NCBI GenBank assembly: GCA_002633005.1
Contig: NMRA01000286.1
Location: 484,503 to 548,502 of the forward strand
DNA: 64,000 nt
Reading direction: 5' to 3'
Source: Phoronis australis
Lineage: Eukaryota > Animalia > Phoronida
The notes under the pieces were generated by a model. The model was not told where the DNA came from. It ran no database searches and saw nothing but the letters and a program-made list of their open reading frames with translations. This document shows positions 1-11,394 of the stretch, piece by piece. The position numbers and the translations under genes are program-made. Positions within the stretch are counted from its first letter, which is position 1, and each line of letters opens with the position of its first letter.

Positions 1-16
1 ATATTTTTTCACTCAC

Positions 17-149
17 GTGCAAAATTGCACCTAGCTTGAAATTGTCAGGCAGTGGTCGACCATTTCGCTTAGCAGCCTTATGCAATGCTTTGAGTGCTTC
101 GTCCTCTCTTCCTTTTGTGAGAAACCATCGCGGAGAAGGATAGACTATC
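17..149 (-). CDS. SLC22/OCT-like transporter, copy 1, coding exon 5 (gene continues off the left edge)
   Basis: AG/GT boundaries; reads IVYPSPRWFLTKGREDEALKALHKAAKRNGRPLPDNFKLGAILH (SLC22 PESPRW region); 133 bp, same length as copy 2 exon 5. Confidence 0.9.
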
Positions 150-480
150 CTGGAAACAGAAGATTCGTGTAAAGCCATCGCTGCGGGTCCTCATTACTCA
201 AAACCCGGTTGATAACATTAAAAACTCTATTATGTCCTAAGCTTGAGAGCAGTTAAATATTGTATGGCACTGGTCAATATATGTATTTATCACGTACCCA
301 GGTCTGATGTGTGTGTATTTTGCTACCGTCTCTGTCTAGTGTCCGGCGACCCGTGACTGCTTCTTAACATACCAAGAGACTATCTAGTCTTCACGAAATC
401 TGCACGTTTGCCAAGTTCTTTTGAATGTTTTCATATCATGCGTTCTTATCAACAAGGTGGACTGTATTTCAAAAGGGCTC

Positions 481-792
481 TAGTGGCGGATTTAGAGAGG
501 CGGCCAAGGGGCCAAGCCCCCCTAAAATTCTCACAGAATCCATTTGGCAGTTCGGGGTGTGAATTGCTGACTGTCATATGCGCGCACCTAGGGGGCTTGG
601 AGGGCTGAATGAACCATATATAGCCTTGAACAAACCCAGTTTCCCTTTTTTCTTTTTTAGTAATAAGGCCCAAAACCCAGAAGTTCAAACCCCCTACATC
701 CCTACATTTCAGGCTAGGTGTGCGCATGTGGCGAAATTCTGGTTATTCCTGTGCCCTGGCCCCCCTAACTCAAAATCCTGGATCCGCCCCTG
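481..792. mobile_element. non-autonomous DNA transposon (MITE), 5-bp TSD, hAT5-like termini
   Basis: Ends tagtggcggat / atccgcccctg; ggctc duplicated at 476-480 and 793-797; internal segment shared, inverted, with 11235-11394. Confidence 0.6.
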
Positions 793-969
793 GGCTCTGA
801 CATTTTTTACGTAAAGGGCTTCACCCGTTGAAGGTATAAGTAGCCACATTGTCTCAAGGCATTGTCCTGAATCTTATGTAACGTTGCTGGCGAGCAGATT
901 TCAGATATTGAAAAAATCCACATAGTAGAGCAGGTACAGGTAAATAGTCGTATGCTGCAAACCACTTAC

Positions 970-1138
970 AAGTAAACGACTACTCCAAGGGCGAGAGGTA
1001 CGCTCGTGGCCAGCACAAGATGGCGCCAATCTCGGCAGAAGTTTGCAATCACTCCCAACAAAACGCACCCGAGACCCCAAGTTACGGAGGCAACTGCTTG
1101 GAGCTGCATTCGCGTATCTGATGTTGCCCATTCCTGAG
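970..1138 (-). CDS. SLC22/OCT-like transporter, copy 1, coding exon 4
   Basis: AG/GT boundaries, 169 bp; QEWATSDTRMQLQAVASVTWGLGCVLLGVIANFCRDWRHLVLATSVPLALGVVVY; paralogous to 20497-20665. Confidence 0.9.
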
Positions 1139-1417
1139 CTGAAACAATAACGAGAGGGAAAAAGAGGGAGTGGTTATTGGACTTCTGTATGCATTATGGT
1201 GGAACTGACATTTTAGTTTTCTTAATCCTCATTTCTACAGTCTGTGCGTGTCTTAGGTGCGAAATTGTGGGTTCGTTGTTGCCAGCATGATGAAGATGAA
1301 CCATGTCACGAAATGAACATGATGACATTACCCATTTGTCTACTTTTTACAGCAGAATGTATATCAAGACCATATAGTACATCCCCCACCCTTAAAATTC
1401 CGAAAAGGATTAATTAC

Positions 1418-1572
1418 CTAATACGTAGGCACTTTTGGTTAATCCGCCGGTAAAGGAACCCACTATGAACCTAAGTGTGGTGAACACGGCGTAATTTGGC
1501 GAGAAGTAGACACCAACGGCAAAGACTGTCTGACCAACCGAAGTAATCAATACTGTTTTGCGCCGACCAAAT
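1418..1572 (-). CDS. SLC22/OCT-like transporter, copy 1, coding exon 3
   Basis: 155 bp; FGRRKTVLITSVGQTVFAVGVYFSPNYAVFTTLRFIVGSFTGG (MFS motif A completed by exon 2 SDR). Confidence 0.92.
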
Positions 1573-1981
1573 CTGGGGAAGAGAAAAAGAAGAAACATTT
1601 TCCAAAGGGGTTCGTAGGACCCTAGACAAACGATCAAATTAGGCTAACTTGGGAACAACCAATCTCAGAAATGATTGATCGGATTTGTATGAAACTTTCA
1701 GGTACTATGCCTTGTGCAGTGTTTTTCAAAACGCCGTTAGGAATTGTTTTTCAAATGTTTCGCTTTTGCAAAACTGATATCAGAATATAAGATTTTTATA
1801 ATTTTCATCACAAAAATCTAAAATTGCATGAAACGAAAAGGACATTATATTTTAGAAATCTGTAACAACATGTTTATCATGACTTTCTACTTTAAGAAAA
1901 CATACCCTTTTACTTAGTTAAAGTTTATAGTTTTGTAGGTATTTGGCTAAGTACACCGACAGATGGTGAAGGTCCTACATG

Positions 1982-4043
1982 CCAATAAAATTACCATGCC
2001 CCTGACCAATCTGTTTAACAAACTTCTTCAGCTAGATATATATCCGTCTTCTTCGAAACATGGAATTATGGTCCCTATACACAAAAAGACTCCAAAATAG
2101 AAATTTCAAGTTATCGCCCAATAACTTTACTGAACACCCTGTCCAAAATCTTTGAGAAGATCATTGCTCAAAGTATTCATACATTTCTCAAACAAAACAA
2201 CTTGATCTATCATCGTCAATTTGGTTTTTTGCATGGGAACAGCACCGTGGCACAACTTGTTGAAATAGTACATGAGATTCATTTACATTTTGAGAAGGGC
2301 GAGAGTGTCGGGTCAATTTTTCTAGATATAGCTTCTGCTTTCGACTGTGTCTCTCACGACCTTCTACTTCACAAACTTCGATCCTATGGCATTACTGGTA
2401 ATCTTTTAAACATGATCATCTCATATCTCTCCGAAAGAACATACAGTGTTCGTGTCGACGGCGTACTTTCAACTTATCCCCTCCTGGATTTGCAAACGCA
2501 GGTGTACCACAGGGTAGCGTATTGGGCCCTCTTCTCTTCTTGGTTTATATTAATGACCTTCCTGATAACCTGTCATGTAGCACATACCTTTATGCAGATG
2601 ACACGGCGCTTTTTTACTCCTTCACAGGGAGCAGCCCTGAATGTTGTTTTGCAGTTTTAACACGACTTATATAAACTCAGCTATTGGTCACAAGAATGGA
2701 GAATGAATTTTAAACCAGAAAAAAACGTTGACCTCACCTTCTCCAAATCTATTAATGCTCTCTTCTTTGTTGACCCGTCTTATGACCTTAAACTTAATGA
2801 TGGAATCATTCCTAGAAAACAGTCGCACAGACATCTGGGTATACTGTTAGATGAAAAACTTTCATTCACCCCTCACGTTCGGGAGCTCGTACAAAAAACT
2901 CAGGAGCTAATTAACCCACTTAAGCTTGTCTTTCGTCATCTGAATTCTACACATTTAGAAGTTTTGTTCAAATCTTTTATACTTCCACACATTGATTATT
3001 GTGATATTATATCAGTCTGCCAATACGGGTGCACTCCAACATTTGGAGAAATTACAGTATCAAGCTGCCATAACCGGAGCTTACAGTGAATCCAATAGTG
3101 TTAAGGTTTTGAATAGTCTCAAGTGGCCCAAACTGTCTACGCAATCTTCACATGACCACATTTACTTTCAAAGTAATAAACAATGTCAACAACGTTTCTG
3201 TCAAAAAAACATTTGATCTATACACTAGACAAAGCCATCGTAGTGATTTGAGATCCTCCACCCCATTTGCAATTCCTCCGTCGTTCAGTCAAGCATTCAG
3301 AAGGTCTACAGTCATGATGTGCATCAACAACTGGAATTCTCTTCCAGTCCCTGTTAAGAAAAGCAACTCTTTTACGAGTATAAAAAATAATTTTAGAACT
3401 GTTTTTCATAATTTTGATAACTCAACACCCTTGACTCAATTATTCTCCCTTCCCCGCGATAACGAAATAGCATTGTACAGATCAAGATGTTTTTTTTTTC
3501 CTCAACTCTGACAAGTTCAGGCACAACTTTAGTAATGTCTCTCTAAACTGTAAATGTGGTGACCATCAATCTTATCCTCATATTTTCTTCAAATGTCCCC
3601 TCATCGAATACCTGAGAGACTCACTCTTTCGTGCACTCATTGAAAACCAATCAATTGTTAACGCTCTCAATTCTTGTAATAATATCCCTACTAGAGTTAC
3701 ATTATTATTGAATGGTAGTCCTAACCTTGACCTCGTTCTCAACGAATTCCTCCTAAGCAACGTTAGTAAATTTTCATGTACCGTTTATCAATATTGTTGC
3801 ATCTGATTTCCATACATTAATCTGTACACTTTTTTGTTTTTATATATTTGTAATAGCATATCTAAGTATTAGAATACTTATATTAGATACTACTTAATTG
3901 TATATACTTCTATGTATATTAGTTTCATTTATGAATTGTTTACAACCCAGATATAATGCTTCGCGATTTCTGGGTTTGTCATTTTCTTTGTATGTTCTGT
4001 GTATTCATCAATAAATATATATCACTTTCAAAAGAAAAAAAAA
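1982..4043 (+). mobile_element. 5'-truncated, decayed L2/CR1-group LINE (RT and C-terminal CCHC-like region), in intron 2 of SLC22 copy 1
   Basis: Frameshifted RT motifs (YRPITLL, QFGF, FLDIASAFDCVSH, QGSVLGP, YADDT); CKCGDHQSYPHIFFKC near 3549-3596; AATAAA and A-rich tail; TSD gtcctacatg at 1972-1981 and 4044-4053; closely similar to ~53996-55706. Confidence 0.93.
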
Positions 4044-5720
4044 GTCCTACATGACCTAATGTAACGAAGACACAATTCGAAAATGGTCTTATAAGCTCAT
4101 GCAATGAAACGTTTAGTTGAGATTGAGGCAATATTCTGGTATAACGTGCCCGCATTATAAGAACCAGTTTGGTGCCTGTTATTTAGTGGGGAAAACTGGT
4201 TCTCAAAATTCGAGCACGTTATATCAGACCATTACTGAGATTGACAGCATGGTTTCTTTCGTTGAGACTGAAAAACTGCACGTCTTTTTAACTCTGATAA
4301 TAGACGAGTTTTCTTGGTTTCCAAAACTGACCATCCATGAGACAGCACTAACTTTCATCGCTACTACTTGCAGTAACATTCACTCGAATGCTATCGTTGG
4401 TCCAAAGGGTAAGTTGTGAATGTACACGCAAATTAATTATTATTTTACATTACTCATATAACCAATTATTGAGTTCGTAGTAGTCACTAAAGTTAAAACT
4501 TTTACGCGCACAGTTTGTTTGCGCAACTTTCTCCTCTTTGTCGTACATCGATTTTCTTGTCTAATTTGGTTACGTTTTCAGTATCAAATAATTATTATAA
4601 TAAAATACAAAACAAGAATGGAGAATTTTTCAAAAATATTTACTGCAAACATCTGGGGTCTGTTTTTTGAAAACTGGCTCAAGACTGAAGTAAAAAAATA
4701 GTCTTACGTTCCAAACAGCTATTTCTGAAAAATGACCAAATCTCACTTTGGCAAAAATACAATTACGTCTCTGAGAATATACCCTTTACTTGTAGTTACT
4801 GAGGCAATCTGAATATATTTTTTTCTTGTTTGTGATGTGGCAATAAGTGCATGGCCAAACCTTCATTCATTAATCGTGACGTGAGAGTGTAAGGCGAAAT
4901 TTCTGCCTCAAGTCTCAAGTCACTTTTCACAAAATGGAGCCAAATAAATATTTTTAGGATTTGCTCATCTGCTTAATCAGAATGAAGTCCACAGTGGCTG
5001 CTATAGAGATCCAAAAATTAAATCACCAGCTCAACCTAAAAGACACTGTCAATATCGCTTGTGTCCTTACTTTCTTGGTCTTTTAAAATTTTAATTAGCC
5101 AGACTTCAAAATTGGAGCGCCCATGTTGCGTCGCAAGTGAGTTGATAATTAGAGCTTCGAAGTGTCAACAGGAAAAAATATTAGTTTCAGTTCCCTTAAG
5201 CTATTAGGTAGCAACGATCAACTCCTGGCTATTTCACCTACAATTGGATTTTATAGTGATAAAGCATTTCGACAAAACGTTGCCAGTAGAGTCTTCACTC
5301 TATTTCCGGTTAGTGGGGGAGGCAACGTACTCTCCGGAAGTAAAACGGACCTAACACCGATTCCTGTTAGTGAATAAATGACGTCTTGGCCAAAACTGTT
5401 GGTCGCGGTTTGTTCGCAAGATCACAAAATCTGGTGCATTGCGAATACAGGAAGTACGCGTACTATTTACTGTATTCAATGGTTCATTACAGTATAAAAC
5501 TTGACGACTACCAGGAGAGACGTACGCTTTTTCATGAAGCATTAGCTAGGCTTTCACGTGGAGCTTAATACATGTGCGTATGTGCAAAGACTGTGAGCAT
5601 ACGATTTTTGAAAAAAAAAAATACGAATTTGAATACACGTGCATGTACCTGAATGCGCGCATGCGCTATAAATTTGTTGTCAAACTCCCACCATGTTTAA
5701 TGAAACAAATCGTACCTTAC

Positions 5721-5824
5721 CTGTCAGAAACGTGGCTAAACACGAAGCATCCGACGAAGAACCCGAAGAAATAAATTGTCTTGGAAAATGCACTCAGCCA
5801 TCTGGACCCACAGACAAGATTCCA
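5721..5824 (-). CDS. SLC22/OCT-like transporter, copy 1, coding exon 2
   Basis: 104 bp AG/GT exon; WNLVCGSRWLSAFSKTIYFFGFFVGCFVFSHVSDR (SLC22 EW(D/N)LVC signature). Confidence 0.92.
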
Positions 5825-6955
5825 CTAAAATTAAGATGTAATTTTAGAAAAGAGGCATGACGCCCCACAACACAGTACTCTGGTTGTAATTACTCTCCCA
5901 AACTGCAGTTATAATTATCAGGTCTTCGAATTTTCAATGCGGATTTGGTTATTTAGGAAAGCTAGTTTTGTATTACTATGACTCCCACTGGCCTATGTCA
6001 TTCGGAAATTTTAGAGACTGAGCAAAAATTTCAGTCAACAAATTAGTGAAAAACAACCAAGAGCAATCGTGGATGATAAGTTAAATCCAGAAGAGCAACG
6101 TGAACCCATCCTGCAGTCTGTCTTCACCAGCAACTTTGAACAGCCACGTCGATTTCAGTTGCCCTTGTTAGGAATCGGTGATTTACAATGAAATCACATA
6201 TTTTGCTGTTTTTTGACAAGGATAGTCGAGCCTACTCCACAATTAAACCCTCAAATGCGTGCTTTGGACCATGGAACCGACTATGCAGTTTAAAAGAGCT
6301 GCGGAGAAATCTTTCAGAATGTATTGAGATGTTTAATTGGTAAAAACAGCTTGTTCGTCATTCTGATGCAAGGGATCGACAACTCGTCACTAAGACCATG
6401 CTCGGAGCATAAAATGACAGGCGGTGACAAGTCATCCTGTAGAGTCTGGTCTCGAACATATAACGAGAGGCCAGTAACTTCGAGTTTGAATAAGGAAACC
6501 AATTTCACAACGGTAAGTGATCAAATTCAAAAGTTGTTTTTGGGATGGAAGGTGGGTTTATAGCCTCTTTGGTGTACGGAGAAAGCTTTCAGTTTACACG
6601 AAGTCACTTTGAAACTGTTAATGCCCAGGTTCTCCCACCCAGGTCGATTTCACACCTTCGAAACTGTCTAAGATGTCGGAATGGGCGGTATCACAAATGA
6701 GGGAAAGTGTTTCGAAAAACAGTCCACTTTTGCACATTCATTTGGGAAATCATAGAGAGAGCTGCAAATGCCCAGTCTGGCGTAAATGTAAGCACGTGGT
6801 ATTGTATAAGGAGGTTTTTTAGTATAAAGGCTTGCAAAATGATGGCTGTCATCCCTAAACAATTCTAGGTATCCCTTGAATACACAATCGTGCTTAATCA
6901 ACACATATTACCCATAATCCCAAGTGTTACATGTGTCAGTGCATCATACACGTAC

Positions 6956-7393
6956 CTCCGAAACAATGGTGTTTTCGAAATTCGACTTGTCATATTTCCA
7001 CTGGCCAATCGCTGATTTGCATGAAATTTTGCGTATCGTTTCCAAGTTGACGTCATAAACTGTGGTTGCATTTGTGGCATTAACATCAAATACCTCGCAG
7101 CTGCTGTAAATAATTTCACCACTTTTGTTGGTGAAGGGAATTGTGACATTTTTTGTGTCTTCATCAACCAAACAGTGGTGTGTCGGCGTGCCAGCCAGGA
7201 AAACCATCCCCATATTCTGAAATGCAACTAATATCCATAAGGACAGCAGACAACAGGATTGAATCCGTTGCGTCAAACCCCACCGTCCGATAAACTTTAA
7301 AACATCTTCGAAATGCTCGAACGTTTCTCCGTTCCTTATTATTTTGGTATCATCTTGCGAACCCTGGCAGATCGTATCCCTACAGCATCCCAT
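6956..7393 (-). CDS. SLC22/OCT-like transporter, copy 1, coding exon 1
   Basis: ATG at 7393 (MGCC...); FEDVLKFIGRWGLTQ, TM1, PTHHC, Cys-containing glycosylated loop, WKYDKSNFENTIVSE then GT donor. Confidence 0.9.
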
Positions 7394-7483
7394 CTTGGCC
7401 GTGCAAAAAGGTAGGCTGACTACTTCTTTATAACAGCGTGTGAGGCTTCTTCTTGATGTCACGTGACCAAATGACCATTTCAG

Positions 7484-7489
7484 TTTATA
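7484..7489 (-). promoter_or_regulatory. candidate TATA box of SLC22 copy 1
   Basis: TATAAA on the minus strand about 90 nt upstream of the ATG. Confidence 0.35.
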
Positions 7490-8264
7490 GAGCCCACATA
7501 CACAGCGTTCAATCACAAGCACTTGTCATCTCAAGTGTGTCTGCATAAAGTGAGCATAAAGCAGCACTTGAAGGAAGGGGATACATAAAAACGACGATCC
7601 GGTGAAGGTCAAAGTGATTATAGTCACACCAGTAGCCCATCCCGAGTCACTAGCGTAGCTTTTATGATCGGACATGTGTCTATTTTAATCATAAAATGTT
7701 TATTTTGCAATTTTAATGGCTACTCTTGGTTTGCTTTTTTGCGTTAGTCAGCAAAATTCTGAAGTCAGGCTATTCAACATTTCAGTCTATTTTTTATGTC
7801 TCATGGGAATTCAAAGTGGTATTTTGACGTGAAAAATGGACCTTGTCATTTTTCAGCCGAAAACGCAATTGTGGGATTGTTGCTGAACATACAATACAAT
7901 GTTTTTTGTGATTTAATTACAAATCGCCTATTCCCATCGTCGTCTGCCAGCCTTTTGCAGAAATCAAGATCGATTTCTTCGCCATTTAGACACACTTAAA
8001 ATACTTTGCTATTTAAAGCGTGGTTTGGCTCAGCTGTAGAGCACTCGGTTGCTAATGCACAGTAATCGTAGTGTTTTTCTATAAAATTGCTTTTCTCTAC
8101 GAGTATGTTCCTTTAAACTTCTCAGACCCCGTGTTTCATTTCTCTGGAAATGCGGATTTCGGGTAACCCGAAAGCAATCTGTCTTGAATTGACCAAAACA
8201 CGAAAGGCCTCAGTCACTTGTTTGCAGGTTTTTGTAATCTTTACAGACAATGCAGTATTTAAAG

Positions 8265-8458
8265 CATGGGCGCACCCTGCCTAAAAATGAGAGGCTAGAA
8301 TTTTTGAGAATGTGGATCTCTTATAGGGTACGTTCAGAACTATGAATTGTGCATCTGCCTTTTTAGTGTACTTTTGTCTCGTTTTCTATTTGCCGGACTT
8401 TTTATTTCTCTGAGGATGACCTTTTTGCCCACTTCGCCACCCCCTGGGTGCGCGCATG
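8265..8458. mobile_element. MITE with 5-bp TSD (hAT5-like)
   Basis: TIR catgggcgcaccc / gggtgcgcgcatg; taaag at 8260-8264 and 8459-8463. Confidence 0.7.
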
Positions 8459-9069
8459 TAAAGGCACACGGCGACTGTGTTACTCCTACCTCAATTCAAC
8501 TTTATCCCATACGCGCTGAGTCAGTCGAGTGCAATACGGTCATCCATGTAATGATATTTTTCGTATTCACCTCCCGCAATAATTCAACAGTGACCTCTGC
8601 CATGGAAAGTTCAAATGGTAGGTCAATGTCGACTCGACGTCGTTAGCCGGTTCGATCATCAAATTTTCCGAAAATAGTTTTAAGTAATACAATTGCAGCA
8701 GTGTAAATAACACTCGACATGCAATCCTGCCCCAGTCGTACTTTCTGGAGCAGGACTGCTAATTATAAGAAAGTTCTGTCTCAGTTTTCAAATGCTAAAT
8801 AGTATATCGTCTGCAACTCAGGCGCCGATTCCTCAGTAACTACAATATCAAATATTGTTGTTATTTATCTATTTTCAGGAGATGTTACAAGTTCAATGCG
8901 TAGTTATCATTGTTTTATCTTTGTTATCTCTTTTCAAGTAATAAATCGTTATATTTAAAATTATTTCTTTTCCTAAAGAAAACTTGCAACCCAAAGCGCA
9001 AGCACATACATATAGGATGTGGTCCGCCCTAGACCTTCGGTCTCGGTCGATACGCGGAATGTCTCGTGA

Positions 9070-9209
9070 GATATATACACAAAACGTACCGAGCGTGGCG
9101 TACATGAAATAATTTCCCACGAGACATTATTCCGCGTATCGATACGTGGATTAATATCGAGTGGGATATTATTCCATGTACGCCACTCGAACTACCTTTT
9201 GTATTTATC
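9070..9209. repeat. ~140-bp imperfect palindrome (hairpin)
   Basis: gtggcgtacatgaaataatttcccac...cgcgtat|cg|atacgtgg...gtgggatattattccatgtacgccac. Confidence 0.7.
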
Positions 9210-9307
9210 CCATACGCATCGAATTCGTGAATTTCTTTTGTTTTCTTTCGGCATTTTACCTAATAACAACCTGTTTTGTATGTACGTGCGCGTTGTGTTG
9301 CTAACTT

Positions 9308-10290
9308 CATAGGCGGATTTAGGGGGGGGGCCCAGGGGGCCCGGACCCCCCCCTTGGCTGCCGCAAAAAAAATAAAACAGTAAGAGCGTAGGGAAATGGT
9401 GAGTTTATTGATTAACCCCGGTAATTAAAACTATACGGATGAAAAAAGATTTAAATATGTGCAGTTTTAGTGTTGGGGGGGNNNNNNNNNNNNNNNNNNN
9501 NNNNNNNNNNNNNNNNNNNNNNNNNNNNNNNNNNNNNNNNNNNNNNNNNNNNNNNNNNNNNNNNNNNNNNNNNNNNNNNNNNNNNNNNNNNNNNNNNNNN
9601 NNNNNNNNNNNNNNNNNNNNNNNNNNNNNNNNNNNNNNNNNNNNNNNNNNNNNNNNNNNNNNNNNNNNNNNNNNNNNNNNNNNNNNNNNNNNNNNNNNNN
9701 NNNNNNNNNNNNNNNNNNNNNNNNNNNNNNNNNNNNNNNNNNNNNNNNNNNNNNNNNNNNNNNNNNNNNNNNNNNNNNNNNNNNNNNNNNNNNNNNNNNN
9801 NNNNNNNNNNNNNNNNNNNNNNNNNNNNNNNNNNNNNNNNNNNNNNNNNNNNNNNNNNNNNNNNNNNNNNNNNNNNNNNNNNNNNNNNNNNNNNNNNNNN
9901 NNNNNNNNNNNNNNNNNNNNNNNNNNNNNNNNNNNNNNNNNNNNNNNNNNNNNNNNNNNNNNNNNNNNNNNNNNNNNNNNNNNNNNNNNNNNNNNNNNNN
10001 NNNNNNNNNNNNNNNNNNNNNNNNNNNNNNNNNNNNNNNNNNNNNNNNNNNNNNNNNNNNNNNNNNNNNNNNNNNNNNNNNNNNNNNNNNNNNNNNNNNN
10101 NNNNNNNNNNNNNNNNNNNNNNNNNNNNNNNNNNNNNNNNNNNNNNNNNNNNNNNNNNNNNNNNNNNNNNNNNNNNNNCCTCCCCCCATTCGGTGCTATG
10201 CGCATCTACATTTGTGGTTCAGTTTGCACAAATGCTTACAGTCGGACAAAATGTTGGCCCCCCCCTTGTGATATCCTAGATCCGCCACTG
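9308..10290. mobile_element. MITE with 5-bp TSD (hAT5-like), spanning an assembly gap
   Basis: Ends cataggcggat / atccgccactg; aactt at 9303-9307 and 10291-10295. Confidence 0.6.
9482..10178. other. assembly gap
   Basis: Run of N. Confidence 1.
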
Positions 10291-11234
10291 AACTTACTAT
10301 AGTAAAAGAAAACAGTTTTAAATGTAACGGTTTATTACTTGAAATTGATAAAAAGTGTGAAAACGACATATTTCGGAAATAAATAAATAGCAAGACTTTT
10401 ATAACATTGTAAAATCCTCATCGGGTAACTGCACTCATTCATGAAACTAGGTCATTAACCTCATGAGTACGCTCTTTTCAACTATGACGATCGCATGTTA
10501 TTGGCCGGAACAGCGCCTGTACTTTGCGATGTTGATTATTCGTAAGACAGATGAAAATAAGCTTTGTGAACACTCGCCAGTTTTATCGTTTTGGAGGTTG
10601 AAAAATGGATTTTTGGCTTATTGTTAGATGGGATAGACTTTAAAGTTATCCGTTTTTACCGGGTGTATAAAACAATAAGATCCGTTGTGTGTTTGTGATT
10701 TTATGATAGATCGCCAAATTCTCGTCATTGTGTGCCAGGCATTCGCTGAAATTAAGGCCTGTGACTTTACCAGTTAAGTACGTTTAAAATACTTTGTATG
10801 GAATTCCAAGTCTGTCACTAGTTTTTATACGAAAACACATTTGTGTTGACTGAATTAATATATTTTGTAACTGTTAAAGCGACCCCCCTGAACGCATTTC
10901 AGTCCAACCCCGAAAGGCGCTTGACCCCCAGCCATTGATTGACACGAAGTGCCTGCCTAATGGCAGTCCTTGTTACACATTGAAATCGCCGGGAGTTGTG
11001 GACATGAAGCCCTGCAGCTCTCTCAAAATGTCGTCAATTCGCTGCCTGTCAGCCATTCTCGTGTACAAGTCTGAATTTTACACGTGAGTGGAGGGTCAAG
11101 TGGGGGTATAATTACGCAATCGTAGTCACCTTGTGAATGTACTGCCTTCGTTCATTGGCTCGGGAATCGGAAGCCGCATCATATTCAAAAGCTCGCCTAA
11201 ACATGTAAAACACGAACGCACTCACGCATAAACA

Positions 11235-11394
11235 CAGGAGCGGTTCCAGAATTTTTAGTTATAGAGGGCCAGGGCAGAGTATTAGCCATGGTTTTGCCCG
11301 TCAGATATTCGCACTCCCGAACTGCCAAATGGAATCTGGGAGAAATTTTAGGAGTGGGCATGACCCCCTTGACTCCCCCCTAAATCCGCCACTG
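11235..11394. mobile_element. MITE (hAT5-like)
   Basis: Ends caggagcggtt / aatccgccactg; flanks aaaca/aaacg; internal similarity to 481-792. Confidence 0.5.

Noticed and set aside
7394-7522. N-terminal extension of the SLC22 ORFs (also 23603-23734)
   Set aside because: ORF-track starts are GTG/TTG; the shared ATG-GGA-TGY start and a TATA-like motif within this stretch indicate 5' UTR/promoter
9405-10302. Long ORFs in the ORF track
   Set aside because: Artefacts of the N run
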